Positions 47,830 to 61,627 of a stretch of 64,000 nucleotides of DNA are shown in pieces. How positions within the stretch are numbered: the stretch's first letter is position 1; every line of letters begins with the position of its first letter. The stretch covers positions 29,665,631 through 29,729,630 of the forward strand of contig NC_057720.1 of the NCBI RefSeq assembly GCF_004010195.1, read 5' to 3'. The DNA comes from Chiloscyllium plagiosum. Lineage: Eukaryota. The notes beneath the pieces were generated by a model. It had not been told where the DNA came from, made no database searches, and saw only the letters and a list, made by a program, of their open reading frames with translations. Both the position numbers and the translations under genes were made by a program.

Positions 47830-48922
47830 AATGGGCTGAGGAGTGGCAGATCGATGTGAGGTATTGCAATTTGGTAAAACAAACAAGGGCGGGATTTATA
47901 CAATTAATGGTAGGGCCCTGGGTAGATTAGATTAGAAATACAGTGTGGAAACAGGCCCTTCGGCCCAACATGTCCACACCGACCCGCCGAAGCACAACCC
48001 ACCCATACCCCTACATTTACCCCTTACCTAACACTACGGGCAATTTAGCATGGCCAATTCACCTGACCTGCACATCTTTGGACTGTGGGAGGAAACCGGA
48101 GCACCCGGAGGAAACCCACGCAGACACGGGGAGAATGTGCAAACTCCACACAGTCAGTCGCCTGAGGCAGGAATTGAACCCGGGTCTCAGGCTCTGTGAG
48201 GCAGCAGTGCTAACCACTGTGCCACCGTGCCGCCCACGGTAGTATTGCAGAACAGAGAGACCTAGAGGTTCAGATACATAATTGTCTAAAATTTATATCA
48301 CATGTAAACAGGGTGGTTAGGAAGGTGTTTAGCATGCTTGCCTTCATTACTCTGATAGGAGTTGGTGAGTCTGTAATGGACATTGGTGAGGGCTCTTTTG
48401 GAGTACAGTGTACAGTTCTGGTCATCCTATTATAAGGATATTATTAAATTGGAGAGGGTTCAGATAAAAAATATTAGGATGTTGTCGGGACCAGAGGGTT
48501 TGAGTTATAAGGATAGGCTGGATTGATTGGTTAGGAGGATTGGGAGTGACCTTATAAAGGTTTATAAAATCATGAGGGGCATAGATGAGGTGTATAGCAA
48601 GGGTCTTTTCCCTAGGGGGCAGGGGAGTTCAAAACTAGGGGGCATATATTTAAGGTGAGAGGAGAAAAAATTAAAAAGGCGTGAGGAGCAACTTTTTTTA
48701 CACAGAGAGAAGGTTAAACGTGAAATGAACTACCAGAGGAAGTGTTGCATGCAGGTAGAGTTACACCATTTGAAAGGTATTTGGATGAGTACATGAATAG
48801 GAAAGGTTTGGAGGGACATGGGCCAAATGCAAGCAAGAGTAATTTGTGTGGTAAAATGGCTGGCATGGACTAGTTGGACCAAAGGGTCTGTTTCCATGCT
48901 TATGACTGTGACTCTATGACCC
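47830..48922 (+). mobile_element. CR1 LINE 3' fragment interrupted by HE1 SINE
   Basis: WAEEWQ..FGKTNKG before the SINE, QRDLEVQIH after it; LVRALLEYSVQFW; ctctatgac tail. Confidence 0.9.
47925..48237 (-). mobile_element. Full-length HE1-type V-SINE
   Basis: Near-identical to 27954-28272; begins GTGGGCGGCACGGTGGCACAGTGGTTAGCACTGCTGCCTCACAG on -. Confidence 0.94.
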
Positions 48923-50099
48923 TGTAACACATATACCTATGAAAGTGTGACAGCACTCTTATCAATTGATCACACTCTGTTTTGTGGGATTTCAAGTAGC
49001 AATCCTCTCCAGAAATCAATATTGCCTCCCTGCAAAACAAAACAAAATTACCAGACCACTGATGCAGCATACTCTAACAATCCCTTTATGAACTACTGAT
49101 TAGGCTACTCACAAATAATCTAGATGATGCATGGTGCATGATTCATCTATTTTTACATGAAAATGGCAATCAATATATAGCGAATGCAGAACCCTGTTTG
49201 GATAATTTAAGCATTTTTTTCTTCTGGAATGGGTGGAAGTATTAACTGCATCTTCAAAAGGCTGTTTGAAAATTCAATTAGGCAAAGCTGGCAAAGAAGT
49301 CCATCTGAATTTTATCCTGCCAGTCAACCAATATTTAAACCAGAAACATGCGAGTAACAGTTGAAAACCACCCCCAAAACTCTCTTGATCTGGTCAGAGG
49401 AAATAGGAAAAGATCAAAAGATTATAACTGTAGCTCTGGGAGAGGCATATAATGGTGTAACATTTCTCGTGTAAGGTTATTGCATTACAAAGTTAGAAAT
49501 AAGTTATGTACAATGTAAGGAAAGATAATAGGGGAGTGCTAATTGTGGTCAATGATAGGAGGAATCAATGCAAACAGACAGGTTGGAGAACAGAGGTGGG
49601 TAAAGAAAAGCCCTTCAGAATTTTTCACAAAATTAAAGAAATCAAAAACTCCTTTAATCTCCTTGCTTGACTTAATTCTGATAGGAGTCCAAAATACTGC
49701 CATCACCACAGATGATTATAAGCAATTCACAGAGCACTGCTGCCAAATTATTGGGAAAGAATCAGCAATGCCTCGTGTTTTGTATTTCTATTAATATAGT
49801 TTCAATTAAACTGCTCGCCTTGCCAAAATCCCGAGATTCATGTAATCATAATTCACTGATTTTGGCATGACACTTAGTTATAATATTGATTGGTAATTTT
49901 AATTTTAAAGAAAGCCATTATTACCTATATTATTGATGCTGTGGTTTAAACACAGCAGGCAAAAAATGCATTAAAGATAAGTTTGTTTGCCAACCATTCA
50001 TAAGATGTTTAAACAATTAAAACAAGCTAAATATAGCAAATCTTCTTCTGAGCAGACTCCAGTGAATGCCTTTAACAATAAAAAAATTAATAGATGATT

Positions 50100-50900
50100 T
50101 TTACAAACTACCGATTTCTCTGTAAACTGGAATTCACAGCTGGCAGTTGATGTAGTCACTGATCAACCAACCATTTCACCCAGCAAGTCCCTCTTAATTT
50201 GCTTCATAAAAAAACTTTACCCATTTGGCTCAGAGTGCTGGTAATTTGCATTGCATTTGCATGTGATTAGCATCATTGCCTCCTGGAACTTCTCCCACAG
50301 CCAGAGAGCTGATTAGGTCTAAAGACGAAATAAAATAAAAATAAGTCTGTAGGCGATTTTTTTTAAAGAAACATAAATGGAACTGTCATTGCCCTGTTGT
50401 TTTAAAGTCAAGATTGCTCTGAGGTATACTTCAATCTGCATGCAGCGGGGGAATGATGGAATTTCAATCTTCCCATCATTTTCAGAATCATTAATCCTAA
50501 CCATTCCATTTTCCATGCTTGCCCGCCCAAGCCCCTATAGTGAATGGCACTTGAAGTGACAGTTATACATCATCTTGCACTGAACGCCATGAAAGCTATA
50601 ATATAATATTAGTATTGTGTTGTCAACCAGCCTGTTCAAGCCATACAGCCGGGACATTAGATGCGATAAATCGATCACCTGTGACATTTTTTATTTGGTG
50701 TCAGTTTCCTCATTTCTGCCATTTGTTTTGGCAGTTAATAGGTAATCGTGCAACATTAGCATGAAACAGGACGGCTTCTGCATTTATTCCTTTTGTAATT
50801 TTATTTCTGGTCCCATAAGGGATGCATCTTCTGAAATGCAACTCTAGGAAGATGATGTGTCATTTTCTTCATCTCAAACACATCCTTTCTCTTGAGCTCT
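50100..50900. promoter_or_regulatory. Candidate conserved non-coding element
   Basis: Repeat-free; ATTTGCAT octamers (~50245, ~50256) and several TGACAG/CTGTCA and TAAT motifs. Confidence 0.3.
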
Positions 50901-51081
50901 TTTCTCATGATTAAGAATGAGTGAATCTGTGCAAACTGATATAAAATGGCACACATGTCGATTGAAGGCGAACAAAAAAAACCTATATCTATGATTTGAG
51001 TTTGCCTTTTGGAAAGTGGGGTTCTGTGCTGTATTATAGTACTAACCTATCGTCGGCAGATTGAATACACTAGGCTTGTTT

Positions 51082-51420
51082 TATTTATCTATTCATGGGG
51101 TGAGGGTATTACTGGCTGGGTCAGCATTTAATGCCCATCCCTAATTGTCCAGAGGACAGTTAAGAGTCAACCACATTGCTCTGGGTCTGGAGTCACATGT
51201 GCGCCAGACCAGGTAAGGATGGTAGTCTGCCTCCCTAAAAGACATTAGTGGACCAGATGGGTTTTTCCAACAATTAGATTCTTAATTCCAGATTTTTAAA
51301 AATCAAATTCAGAATCTACCATCTGTAATGTTGGGATTTGAGCTGATGTCTCCAGAACATTGCCTGAGTCTCCAGATTAACAGCCCAGTGATAATATCAT
51401 CAGGCCACTATCTTCCTTAA
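51082..51420 (-). mobile_element. tRNA-derived SINE whose 3' tail matches the LINE at 23290-24386
   Basis: cagcatttaatgcccatccctaattg is the reverse complement of the LINE tail; tRNA-like head at ~51330-51415. Confidence 0.85.
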
Positions 51421-52171
51421 AATGCATCAAACCAGACTTGGATGGATAGAATTTGGCTGGGTGTCTGAAAAATCAAGATGAGAGGGAAAGGGAACAGTAG
51501 TGGGATGGTTCCCATTCATTCCCACTGCTAGGAAGGTTTCCTGTGGTGGGCACAATGTGGATTGGCTTTTTATGCCATATGTGTGGGCAACCAGTTTACA
51601 TAATATTCTAATGAGGGGTAATTTTGGCTACTAGTTAGATAGAAGTGACCTCCCTGTGGCAACTGCAGGTGTAATAGAAACCAGAGAGCTTCTCCAAAGA
51701 AGAAGTCCAATGCACTGAAAGGTACCCACACAATCCCACCAAATCCCACTTTGGACCTTGTGACCTCTACCAGCAAGAAAGGATGCAGATGCACCACCAT
51801 CAGGTTCTCCTCCAAGCAACACAGGAGGTGAGTTCACACTGTCTCGGTCTTGAGAGTCTTTTCGCTTACTTTAGATAGAGTATAATACTTTTCTAAAGAC
51901 AGGCAGTGTCATGAGTAGGTGCAACACAGCATTATGGTGAGAGTGGAATTTTATCTATCAAACTGCCCTGCGACTAATGTTAGAATAGGATCATTATCAC
52001 AAAAGGGCAGATACTTTCATTATTTGTTGCACTTGTGAGAAACTGTTTTGTTGAATTATTTCAGTCCAGCAATGTATGACAACCTGGCTGCAGAAAAGCT
52101 TTTTCTTCAAATCTGGAGGTTTTCATTGGTGTTGCTGCTGCTTTTCTGATGGTAATTTCTCTATGCTCAAT

Positions 52172-52378
52172 TTCATAGAACTTCATAGAATCCCTACGGT
52201 GTGGAAGCAGACCATCCAGACCATCAAGTCTGCACCAACCCTCCCAAAAGCATCCCACCCACACACACCACTCTACCCTATCCTTGCATTTTCCATGGCT
52301 ACATCCCTTAGCCTGTACATTCCTGAAGAGTATGGGCAATTTAGCAAGGCCAATCCACCTTACCCGCATATCTTTTGT
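52172..52378 (-). mobile_element. HE1-related SINE 3' half
   Basis: tatgggcaatttagcaaggccaatccaccttacccgcatatcttt; catagaa tail. Confidence 0.8.
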
Positions 52379-52829
52379 TTGGAAAATGCCAAAAAAGAAC
52401 TTTAAATCACTGTTGCCTGCATTGAATGGACGTACAAGTACATGGCTGCTTGTAAGTTGGAATTAAGTGGATTCCTAGCAGTGAGTACATTTGCACAGTA
52501 ATCTCATGATGGAGGGATGTGGAAGGAAAATCACCAACCATCTCTGTCCAAATTCAGGAGCCCAAAAGTAGTTGGATGCTTCCAAAATCCTTCTCTGCTA
52601 AAAAGACAACTTTTTTCTCCGAAACTCTTAGGGAATTTGAAAGTTCCTTTCCCAGATTTTCTTTAGCTATGGTATGAGTAGCTATCTACACAGAATCCTC
52701 CTCAGTGCTGAACAGCGCAGTAACACTCATGCTTATCCTTACTTTGACTTCAGCAACTAAAATGTATATTAAATAGTAGCAGATGAAGTAAAAGCAACAA
52801 AACAACTTTATGGAGTAGTGGTTAAGTTT

Positions 52830-53790
52830 ACTAACCCCTTTATAATGAAAATTACATTTATGTATTTATTGTGTTGAAAAAAACCACTGGAGGAATTTCT
52901 GTTTAAAAAACAGCAACTGCTAAATTCATTAAAACTGAGTCAGAAAGCTTCACTTAGATCAGCATAAATGATCCATAAAACATCCAGACAACCTGTATGT
53001 ACATGGTGAACAGATCTAGTTGAGAAAAGAACCTGACTAGCTAAAATCCAATCATGTTTAAATCATTGACTGGAATAAAACTGCTTTGACCATATCTGGC
53101 CAACTGACCAGTTGATGATACAGGCTCATGTAATAAACCAAGTAATCTTTTATTTTGTGCTTAAGAAACTGATTTTCTCCATGCTACAGAACAGAAGAAG
53201 GAGAGATGCTGAGGAAGCAGGGCCCCTGAGTGGATGCTCTCTCTCCCTCTCTCTCCTACAAACACAAACTCTATCGATTGTTTGACCATCCACATTCTGC
53301 AGGTAGTGCTGTAAGAAACAACTCAGCAGCCTATTTCTTAAGAAGACAAGATAAATTATCCATTAAATTCTTTGGATCATTTCAATGATATATCCAGAGA
53401 TCACCAAACGCAGTCTGAAACTATCCAACTCATTGTTCGACAAGATCCATATGGTATTAACTTTAACAGACTTTTAAAACACCATTTTAAAGTTCTATGA
53501 AATTGAGCATAGAATGGCCTCTCCTCCCACATTGGAATGTACATAAGTGTGTTTATGAACTTGAAGTATGTAAGTCAGAGTGTCTTTGTATTTCCTACTT
53601 AGACCAAGTGTTGAGTACAACAAATAATACTTCCTTTTCTTCTAAAAACTTATAAGGAAACTTATCTGTGTGGAGTTTTTCACAGTCAAAGCAGAAAACA
53701 ATTAAACATGCACTGAAAATCTTTTGATAAAAATTGTTGTAGTCAAACAGTGAGAAGAGAGGATATCTAATCTACCCTGATTATAGCAAA
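52830..53790 (+). mobile_element. Possible old solo LTR
   Basis: Composition and 3' region resemble shark LTRs from memory; termini and TSD not demonstrable. Confidence 0.3.
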
Positions 53791-54154
53791 AGCAATACAA
53801 TATAATTCAAATCTCTGCTAAACGAATATTATGAATGTTATGAACGATAATGATCATTTCCCCTTTATCATCCAAAATCAGAGTTATCTACATGAAATAA
53901 CTCACACATTTAGAAATTCCTGACAACTTGTTCTTTCTTCAAGTATTCTAAATCAAAGCTAATTGAGGGATCATTTGATTGGCTGTCACTCTGGTTTTTT
54001 GATGCAAATTGGATTTGCAGCACACTGAGCAGGGGGAGAAACTATTGAAAATCATTCCTCAATCTCCTATTTAAACAAAAAGCTGGTGCTTGAGATGTCA
54101 CCAGTGTCAATCACCACTCTGGTACACTTCAGCAACATTGGCCCAAGTAAATTC

Positions 54155-54360
54155 TTTCCAGAGAAGGAGATGGCAGCTGGTAAAATTTCAACATGTAAAA
54201 GTAATCTGGATGAATATCTGAATAGGAAGGGTTTAGAGGGATATTGGCCAAATGCTGACAAATGGGACTACAATAATTTAGAATATCAGGTCGGCATGGA
54301 CTATTTGGACTGAAGGATCTATTTCCGTTGCTATACATCCGTATGACTCTATTACTCTAT
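54155..54360 (+). mobile_element. CR1 3' UTR tip
   Basis: aataggaagggtttagagggatattggccaaatgctg; atgactctat tail. Confidence 0.85.
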
Positions 54361-54737
54361 AATATGAATATTATGAATCTTGCGAATATTGGAGATAGTT
54401 TATGCTGTAAATCCAAGCCAAGGAAGAGGAATGATGATATGTTTTTTTTAAATAGTTCAAGGGGTGTGGGAGACTGGATTAAAAGGCTGCAAAGGAACCA
54501 GCTTCACTTCGCAGATTTGAAGACAGACGTAATTACACAGCACCTTATGGCATATCCCACAGAAGAACATTAAAGCACATGATATAAAAAAAGCATATGA
54601 TACAAAATTGAGTCATTGCTATTGTGTAGATAACTGTAGAAACTGAGGAGCAGGAAAATCAGTGTTTCAGGCAAAAGCCCTGATGAGTGCAACCATCCAA
54701 TTTCTGGCACTCATCTGCCTTCCCCCAATAAGAGGAA

Positions 54738-55088
54738 TTGGTAGTGCAGTCGTAACATAACTGGATTAATAGCCCAGATACCCAGGGTAATACTTTGGGC
54801 ACCTAGGTTCAAATGTCAGTAAAAAAATTGGTTGGATTTAAATTCAATTAATAAATCCAGAATTGAAAGCCAGTCTTAATAATGCTGACCACAAAACCGT
54901 TGTTGATTTTTGTAAAAATCCATCTAGTTCACTCGTATCCTTTGGGGAAGAAAATCTGCTGTCCTTACCTGGTCTGACCTACATGACTCTAGACCCAGAT
55001 CAATATCTCTGACTCTCAACTGCCCCTGGAATGGGACAAACTGCTGAGATTGAGGGCAATTAGATATCATATCCCATGAAAATAATTT
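54738..55088 (+). mobile_element. tRNA-derived SINE (L2/CR1-group tail family)
   Basis: Reverse complement similarity to 51085-51420. Confidence 0.8.
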
Positions 55089-56289
55089 CAAAAGATATCT
55101 TCCAACATCAGCCATGGAAATGGTGAAAAATGGTTGTACTTGTATTTTCTGGAATGTTTGGAGTTTCCATCAAAACAATTCAGAAATGGAAAAACACAGA
55201 GAGAGTATCACATCCTCTGCTTTTATTCTGTTTGATGGTGAAAGTTTGACAAAAATGAGCCATTTCATTTTATATTATACCTTATTATTGGCTCCTGTCC
55301 TACTTCAATGTATTATGATGGTCTGTGGGGTATTGTCTTGATTGAAATAGGAGGTGAGTAGCCCGAAAATTTGAAGGAAAGGTTGCAAGGGAGGGAGGAC
55401 AAGGAAGGATGGGAGTGGATTGGAGTATCTATTGCATTCTACCAGTGATCTGTAAGTGGAAGATTAATCTCCTGTCCACAGACTCGTTTAAAGTGGGACC
55501 CTGTACTACATGGGGAGACTGCTACTGAATAATAGTTTGCATGGGTAAGACAGGGTGCCTCCTAATTGAGCACTCCGAACCACGCAGAAGTTGGCCATAG
55601 TGGCAATAGCTATATGCACAGCAATATCCTACCTACCATGACCAGCTACCACCACTCCACCCTGTGTTGCAAACCCCTACCCCACCTCAGCTCACTCGGG
55701 CTTGCTTTATGGGCATCTGTGTGCCTAAACTCCACTTACTGCGCAATGAGGCCAGTTTCTATCACAGTGTTTTTCACAATAGAGGTGTTCCAACTAGTGG
55801 TCACCATTCATGATGGTGCTGCTGAGACCGAATTTTGTCACCTACCATCCCCAACTCACCTCCAGTTTGACTGTCAGCTCTCTGAAGGAAGCTGTCATCT
55901 CTTAAAGGAATGGGAATTCCGACTGCCACAGCAAGATGGGGAGAAAATCTAATTGCAGTTCCCCTAACCTATCATGCCCTTGGATTGATGGGCCAATATC
56001 ACCCAGCAAACCCCAGTACAAGCTGGACAATTCATTTATAAATGTTTTTGATTTGAACTTAACTAATATTAAAGCTATGCTTTAATTCTGATTGTCGGTT
56101 TGAAAGGGTTTATTAATCTGCCATTTTATAAATTGAGAGTGAAGCCCTTTCTCTTGGTGGAAAATTGGCAGAAAGGCATGGGTCTAATTAGACAGACCAA
56201 CCTTCCGTGACCAAATATGACCAGAAAATGTCTGTATATTCATTTGAATAGTGTAGAAGTGTCTTAGGCAGCTGCCTGGAACATGAGCA

Positions 56290-56542
56290 AAGACCAACAA
56301 TTACCCAAGTAAGCCATGTTGGTGGAATGGACACAATGGGCGAAATGGCCTATTTCTATTCCTACACTTTATGTTCTTTAATGCCTCTATAAATGTCTGT
56401 AAGGTCACCCCTCCAAGGAAAATAGCCCCAGCCTATTCAGCCTCTCCCTATAGTTCAAACCCTCCGACCCTGGCAACATCCTTGTAAATCTTTTCTGAAC
56501 CCTTTCAAGTTTCACAACATACTTCCTATTGCAGGGAGACCA
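56290..56542. mobile_element. Two small CR1 pieces (3' tip on + at 56290-56380; RT piece on - at 56395-56542)
   Basis: aatgggcgaaatggcctatttct; ccctggcaacatccttgtaaatcttttctgaaccctttcaag. Confidence 0.8.
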
Positions 56543-56699
56543 TATTAGTTTGTAGTTACTACATCATTAGTGATTCCCAGCATGATGTGTACGAAGAGGA
56601 AAACATGTTAAAAACCTACTAACTTGGCAATATTTAAGTGATTTTGGTTTATGGTTGTGGATATAAATTGGAAAGATAATTTGTTTCTTGGTGATCCTT

Positions 56700-57100
56700 G
56701 TGTTGTCACGTACACAAGTTAATTGCTGAGCAACATCATAAAGGCATAAATCATCCAGATTGCACTTGCATAGCAATGGGATAGTGGTGGATCTGAGGGC
56801 AGTTTCACAGTAGTTGGCATCAGGTAAGCCATTTATCACACTGAAAATCACAGAGAAAATGATCTTAGCATCTAATAATGAACAGCCAGTTTGTAATAGG
56901 AGTGGGGAATAATGCAATATAACATAATTGATAAAATTCACTGGTTTTGTAGAGAAGTAAAACAAATGTATTAACAGTCATTAAATCCATAAATCAGCCA
57001 TTAAAATTACAGTTAAATATTGCAAGATGTACCTTCGAAAACTGACGTTTCTTCAGAGCCTAAGTGCTGTGGTCTTCTAATGGTGTTGTACAGATCATAA
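56700..57100. promoter_or_regulatory. Candidate Pbx-Hox-type enhancer
   Basis: TGATTTATG on - at 56745-56753 and TGATTTATGG on - at 56987-56996; multiple TAAT motifs; repeat-free. Confidence 0.35.
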
Positions 57101-57939
57101 GCATAACATGTCCATGACACACTTATTCAATGGTAACAAGAAAGCATATGAACTGTGAAACTAATAAAATATGTTCCACAAGGAAAACTATCAACTAATC
57201 ATTATGAATGACGAATGGAAACTTCAATCTCAAGAGACAGTCAAAAAACTGAGTGCTAGACCTGCTTCTAGCTTTCCCTGACTGCAACCAAGGATACGTT
57301 TCAGTAACATCATAATGTCTGTCTCTGGCCTGTACTGCCCAGTTTGTAGGTGTGTAGTAGTAGCACCCCAATTAGCATGTAATTGGTTTTGGGATGTTGA
57401 CAATGTCAATTGGTCCATTTGTTAAATTTTAAGATAATGCCCATCCCTCATTTCAGGTGATTATAGTAAAAATGGAATAAGTCGACCTTCAGTTGTAAGT
57501 CAACAGGTAAGCCAGGGTCTAAAACATGTTTAATTGTGGATCTTTCTATTAGATCATGGCTCATATGAGCAGTGCCTGTTATATACTGCTGCCTGTAAAT
57601 TCATCTGGTTAATTTGACATTGTCATAATGAGGCTGCTAGATCAAATCTTCACACAACGTTTGAGAACACCATACCGTATGTGCATGCAATGACAATTAC
57701 TAACACTATTTGTTTGCTTAAGTTGTTGTCACTATCTCATTTTCAGCGTCTCGTTTACAGGATCCAAAGTGATAGAGAAAGACCGTTAGCTAGTCTAACA
57801 AAAAGAGGCTCTTATATTAAACAAGGTATCATTTATTACAAGACAACCCTCAGTTATTAAAGCAACCAACGGGCAGAATCTTACTGGGACGTGGACGACA
57901 TGGGCTATGATGAGAAATGTGGCAGAATTTACACCGCCA

Positions 57940-60510
57940 CAAACGCTCTGGAGATGAAAGCCCCTGAGGCTCTATTCATTGCAGCAGATTGTTCAACCAG
58001 GCCAACCTCACTAACACATCTCCTGCTCCACTAGAGAACCAACCATTCTGGATCACTGGTACACAACCATCAAAGATGCTAATAACTTCAGTCCCATCCA
58101 CACTTCAGAAAATCAGATCACAACTTCCCAGCTTACAAGCAAAAGCTGAAACAGGAGAATCCTTTACAAAAAGAAAGATAATGCTGGTCGGATGCAATGG
58201 AAGACTGTCTCCGGGACTGCTTGGAATCGGTGGACTGGACCATATTCAAGTACTCAGTGGAAAACCTAGATGAATACACCACCACTGTCATGGACTTCAT
58301 TAGCAAATGGGTGGAGGACTGGGTGCTAAAGAAGTCAATTCATGTGTTCCCCAACCAGAAACCTTGGATGACCAAAAAATCCACTCCCTGCTGAAAATCA
58401 GACATGCAGCATTCAAGTCAGATGACTCAGACCTATACAGGAGATCCTGATATGACCTTCACAAAGCCATCAGAGATGCCAAAAGGCAATACAAACCAAG
58501 TTCGAGGCCCAAACCAACTAAACTGACTCCCGCCACCTATGGCAAGGCCTAAACAACATTACGGAATACAAAATGAAGCAGAGCAAGATAGAGGATAAAC
58601 ACACATCCCTCCCTTATGCCCTCAATACGTTCTATTCTCAGTTTGAGCAGAATGTCAGCGGCATGGTGACATCTGCCCTGACTGCCCCGGTCGCACCTGT
58701 GCTCACTGTCACCGCTGCAGATGTGAAATCAGTCTTCCTGGGAGTCAACCCAAGGAAAGCAACAGTACCAGACAGAGACCCCGGTCATGCACTTAGATCC
58801 TGTGGGGATTAGGTGGTGGAGGTATTCACCAACATCTTTAACCTCTCCCTCCTACAAGCCAAAGTCCCCACCAGTTTCAAGAAGACCACCATCATCCTAA
58901 AACCTAAGAAAACCCATGCAATGTGCCTTAATGATGAGTGGCACTGACCTCCATAATCATGAAGTATTTCATGAGGCTGGTCTTTGTAAACACCAACTCT
59001 GGTCTCCCAGCCTGCCTCGATCCCCTGCAATTTGCCTATCAACGTCACAGATCCACAACAGATGCCATTTTCCTAGCCCTGCACTCATTCCTGGAACATC
59101 TGGACAACAAGGACACCTATGCAGAAGTGGGTACTGCAGATGCTGGAGATCAGAGTCAAGATTAGAGTGTTGCTGGAAAAGCACAGCAGGTCAGGCAGCA
59201 TCTGAGGAGCAGGAAAAATTGACATTGTGAGCAAAAGCCCTTCATTAGGAATTAGAATGATGAAGAACTTTTGCCAGAAGTGTTGATTTTTCCTGCTCCT
59301 TGGATGCTTCCTGACCTGCTGTGCTTTTCCAGCACTGCTCGAATCTTAACGAGGACACTGATGTCAGATGCCTGCTCATCAACTACAGCTCCACCTTCAA
59401 CACCATTATTCCCTCCAGACTGATCTCAAAATTTCGAGACCTAGGTCTCAGTTCCACCCCTACAACTGGATCTTCAGCTTCTTGACCCACAGCCTGCAAT
59501 CAGAAAAGATACTTTCTCCTAATCAGAAAAGATAGACAACTGCACCTCCTCTACAATAACCCTCAAGACTGGAGCCCCCCCCCAAGGATGTGTTCTCAGC
59601 CCCCTACTGTGTTGCCAAATACCATGTACAACCTTGCTAATGACACCACCGTAGTAGGATAGATATCAAACAACGATGAGTCAGAATACAGAAAAAAGAT
59701 AGCGGGCTTGGTGATGTGGTACAATGATAACAACCTCTTTCTCAATGTCAGCAAAACTAAAGAATTGTAGATTGATTTTAGAAAGAAAGGAGGAGAACAG
59801 TCCCCCATCTACATCAAAGGAGCTGAAGTTGAGAGGGTGGAGAGCGTCAAGTTCCTAAGAATGAGAATAACTGATAACCTGTCCTGGACCTCCTGTGTAG
59901 ATGTGATAGTCAAGAAGGCACAACAATACCCCTTCTTCTTCAGATAATTGGACATATTCATTAGGGCCCTCACCAACTTTGACAGATGCACCATAGAAAG
60001 CATACTATCTGGGTGCATAATGATCTGGTATAGTAACTGATCTGCCAGGACTGGAATAAACTAAAGAAGGTAGTGAGCACAGCCCAGACCATCACAGAAG
60101 CTCACCTCCCTTCCATGGACCCATTTACATATCTCATTGCCACAGAAAGGCTGCCAACATAATCAAAGATCCATCGCACTCCAGTAATGCTCTCCTACAA
60201 CCTCTTCTGTCAAGCAGAAGATACAGAAGCTTGAATATACAGACAAGCAGTTTCAGGAACAGCTTCTTTCCTGCCATTATCAGACTGATGAATGGACTCT
60301 GTAAATTCAAATAATGTTGATCTTGTTAATGTTGATCTTGCCTCATGCATGTCCTGTCTGGCGTAACCTGTATGCCTTACTCTGTCCAAGTTATTTTCAC
60401 CCTACGATCTGTATGTCCTTGCTGAGTATGATCTGCCTGTACTGCTTTCAAACAGAGCTTTTCACTGTACTTAGGTACACGTGACAATAAATCAAACCAA
60501 ATTAAATAAA
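57940..60510 (+). mobile_element. Rex1/Babar LINE, 5'-truncated and frameshifted (end of APE endonuclease + RT + 3' UTR)
   Basis: DCLESVDWTIF..FPNQKPW; VNPRKA; ALTSIIMKYF..LDPLQFAY..STTDAI..HLDNKDTY|VRCLLINYSSTFNTI; PQGCVLSPLL; aataaatcaaa tail. Confidence 0.92.
59122..59347. mobile_element. Older fold-back PLE mini-element (family A) nested in the Rex1 RT
   Basis: Arms ~59158-59245 and ~59260-59347 with two decayed cores; degenerate 16-bp TSD aacaaggacacctatg (59106-59121) / aacgaggacactgatg (59348-59363). Confidence 0.88.
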
Positions 60511-61627
60511 AGAATCATGCAAGAAGTTCAGCAAGGCCTATCTCAAAATTGGGACCAACTTGCTGCATCTTCTAATTAAGATTCTCACTAGGCAGCAGTG
60601 CGTTGCCTTTTAATGAGGATTATTGTTTGTTAATGACATTATTAACTGCACATCCCACCTCATTAATATGCAGCTTTCTAGCATACCCAGCTCACCGCCT
60701 CCCCGTCCCCTCCCACTGCAAGTAAACCAGATGCTGAGAATTCTTCACATGGAAGTCAGAGTGAGTTCTTGGAGAGTTCTGCTCGCCACTGGTTGTAAAG
60801 GACCAGGTACCAAAATCCCAGAGCATGCTGCATGGGCACTCGCCACATGCACACAACATCCATGAAAATTGACATCTAGCATGTGCCAGTCTCTAGAAAC
60901 CTTCATGGCACCTTTGTTCCACTTGCAAGATAGTTCTGAACTTCAATGCTACACCTCACAGCAACTATCAGGGTAATGTACACTCAGGTGCACACACACA
61001 CACACCCTGCTCATGGAATGGGCTGGTGTGTGTCTCTGGCTTATTTACTTGTTTTGTTAGTGCTCACTCACTTTGAGCCTAGCTGGTTCTCACAGCATCC
61101 CTTCCTGCCTGCGAAACCAGGCTCACAATAATGCTGTATTGTCATGCCGTTTAGCACTGGCACAAAGCCAGGAAGCTTGGCATGGCTGTCAGCAGGCCTC
61201 AGACAAGTCAAGGGAGCAAACTTTCAGTCAACCAGTCCTGGCACAGAAAGTCTAGTGCAGCCTCCATTACGACCTCAGGGGCTTGGACACAGTCAGTCAG
61301 CTGCCCAGGGTGATGAGAATGAGGATCCTCTCCTCATAAGCAATGAAAAGCCTAGCAGGCCACCACCAATCTGAACTCTTTCTGCCTGATTGTGGGCTGT
61401 TTTTCTCCTGAAATGAGAGAGGCATGTATGAAGGGAAATGAAAATGGTGGTACAGTTGTTACTTTTAGTGCAAATGGGAAGATGCCCCAAGCGGGTAGGC
61501 TATAGAGGGGACATGCAAGGTTAGTGCTGGCAGGATTTGGGGTGTGTAATAGCGAGTATAGAAGATTGTGAAGGTATTGGTGTGAGTGGTAAGGCATGAG
61601 CCTTGGTGGGAGGTGGGTGCAGTGAAT

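Noticed and set aside
54642..54690. CTGATGA at ~54680 as an additional ribozyme
   Set aside because: Only a ~45-nt collapsed family A remnant; no GAAA follows on the same strand and no TSD was found.
57457..57506. Possible 50-nt plus-strand exon (tttcag|...cag|gtaagc)
   Set aside because: Not frame-preserving, no homology and no partner exons; such site pairs are expected by chance in 64 kb.
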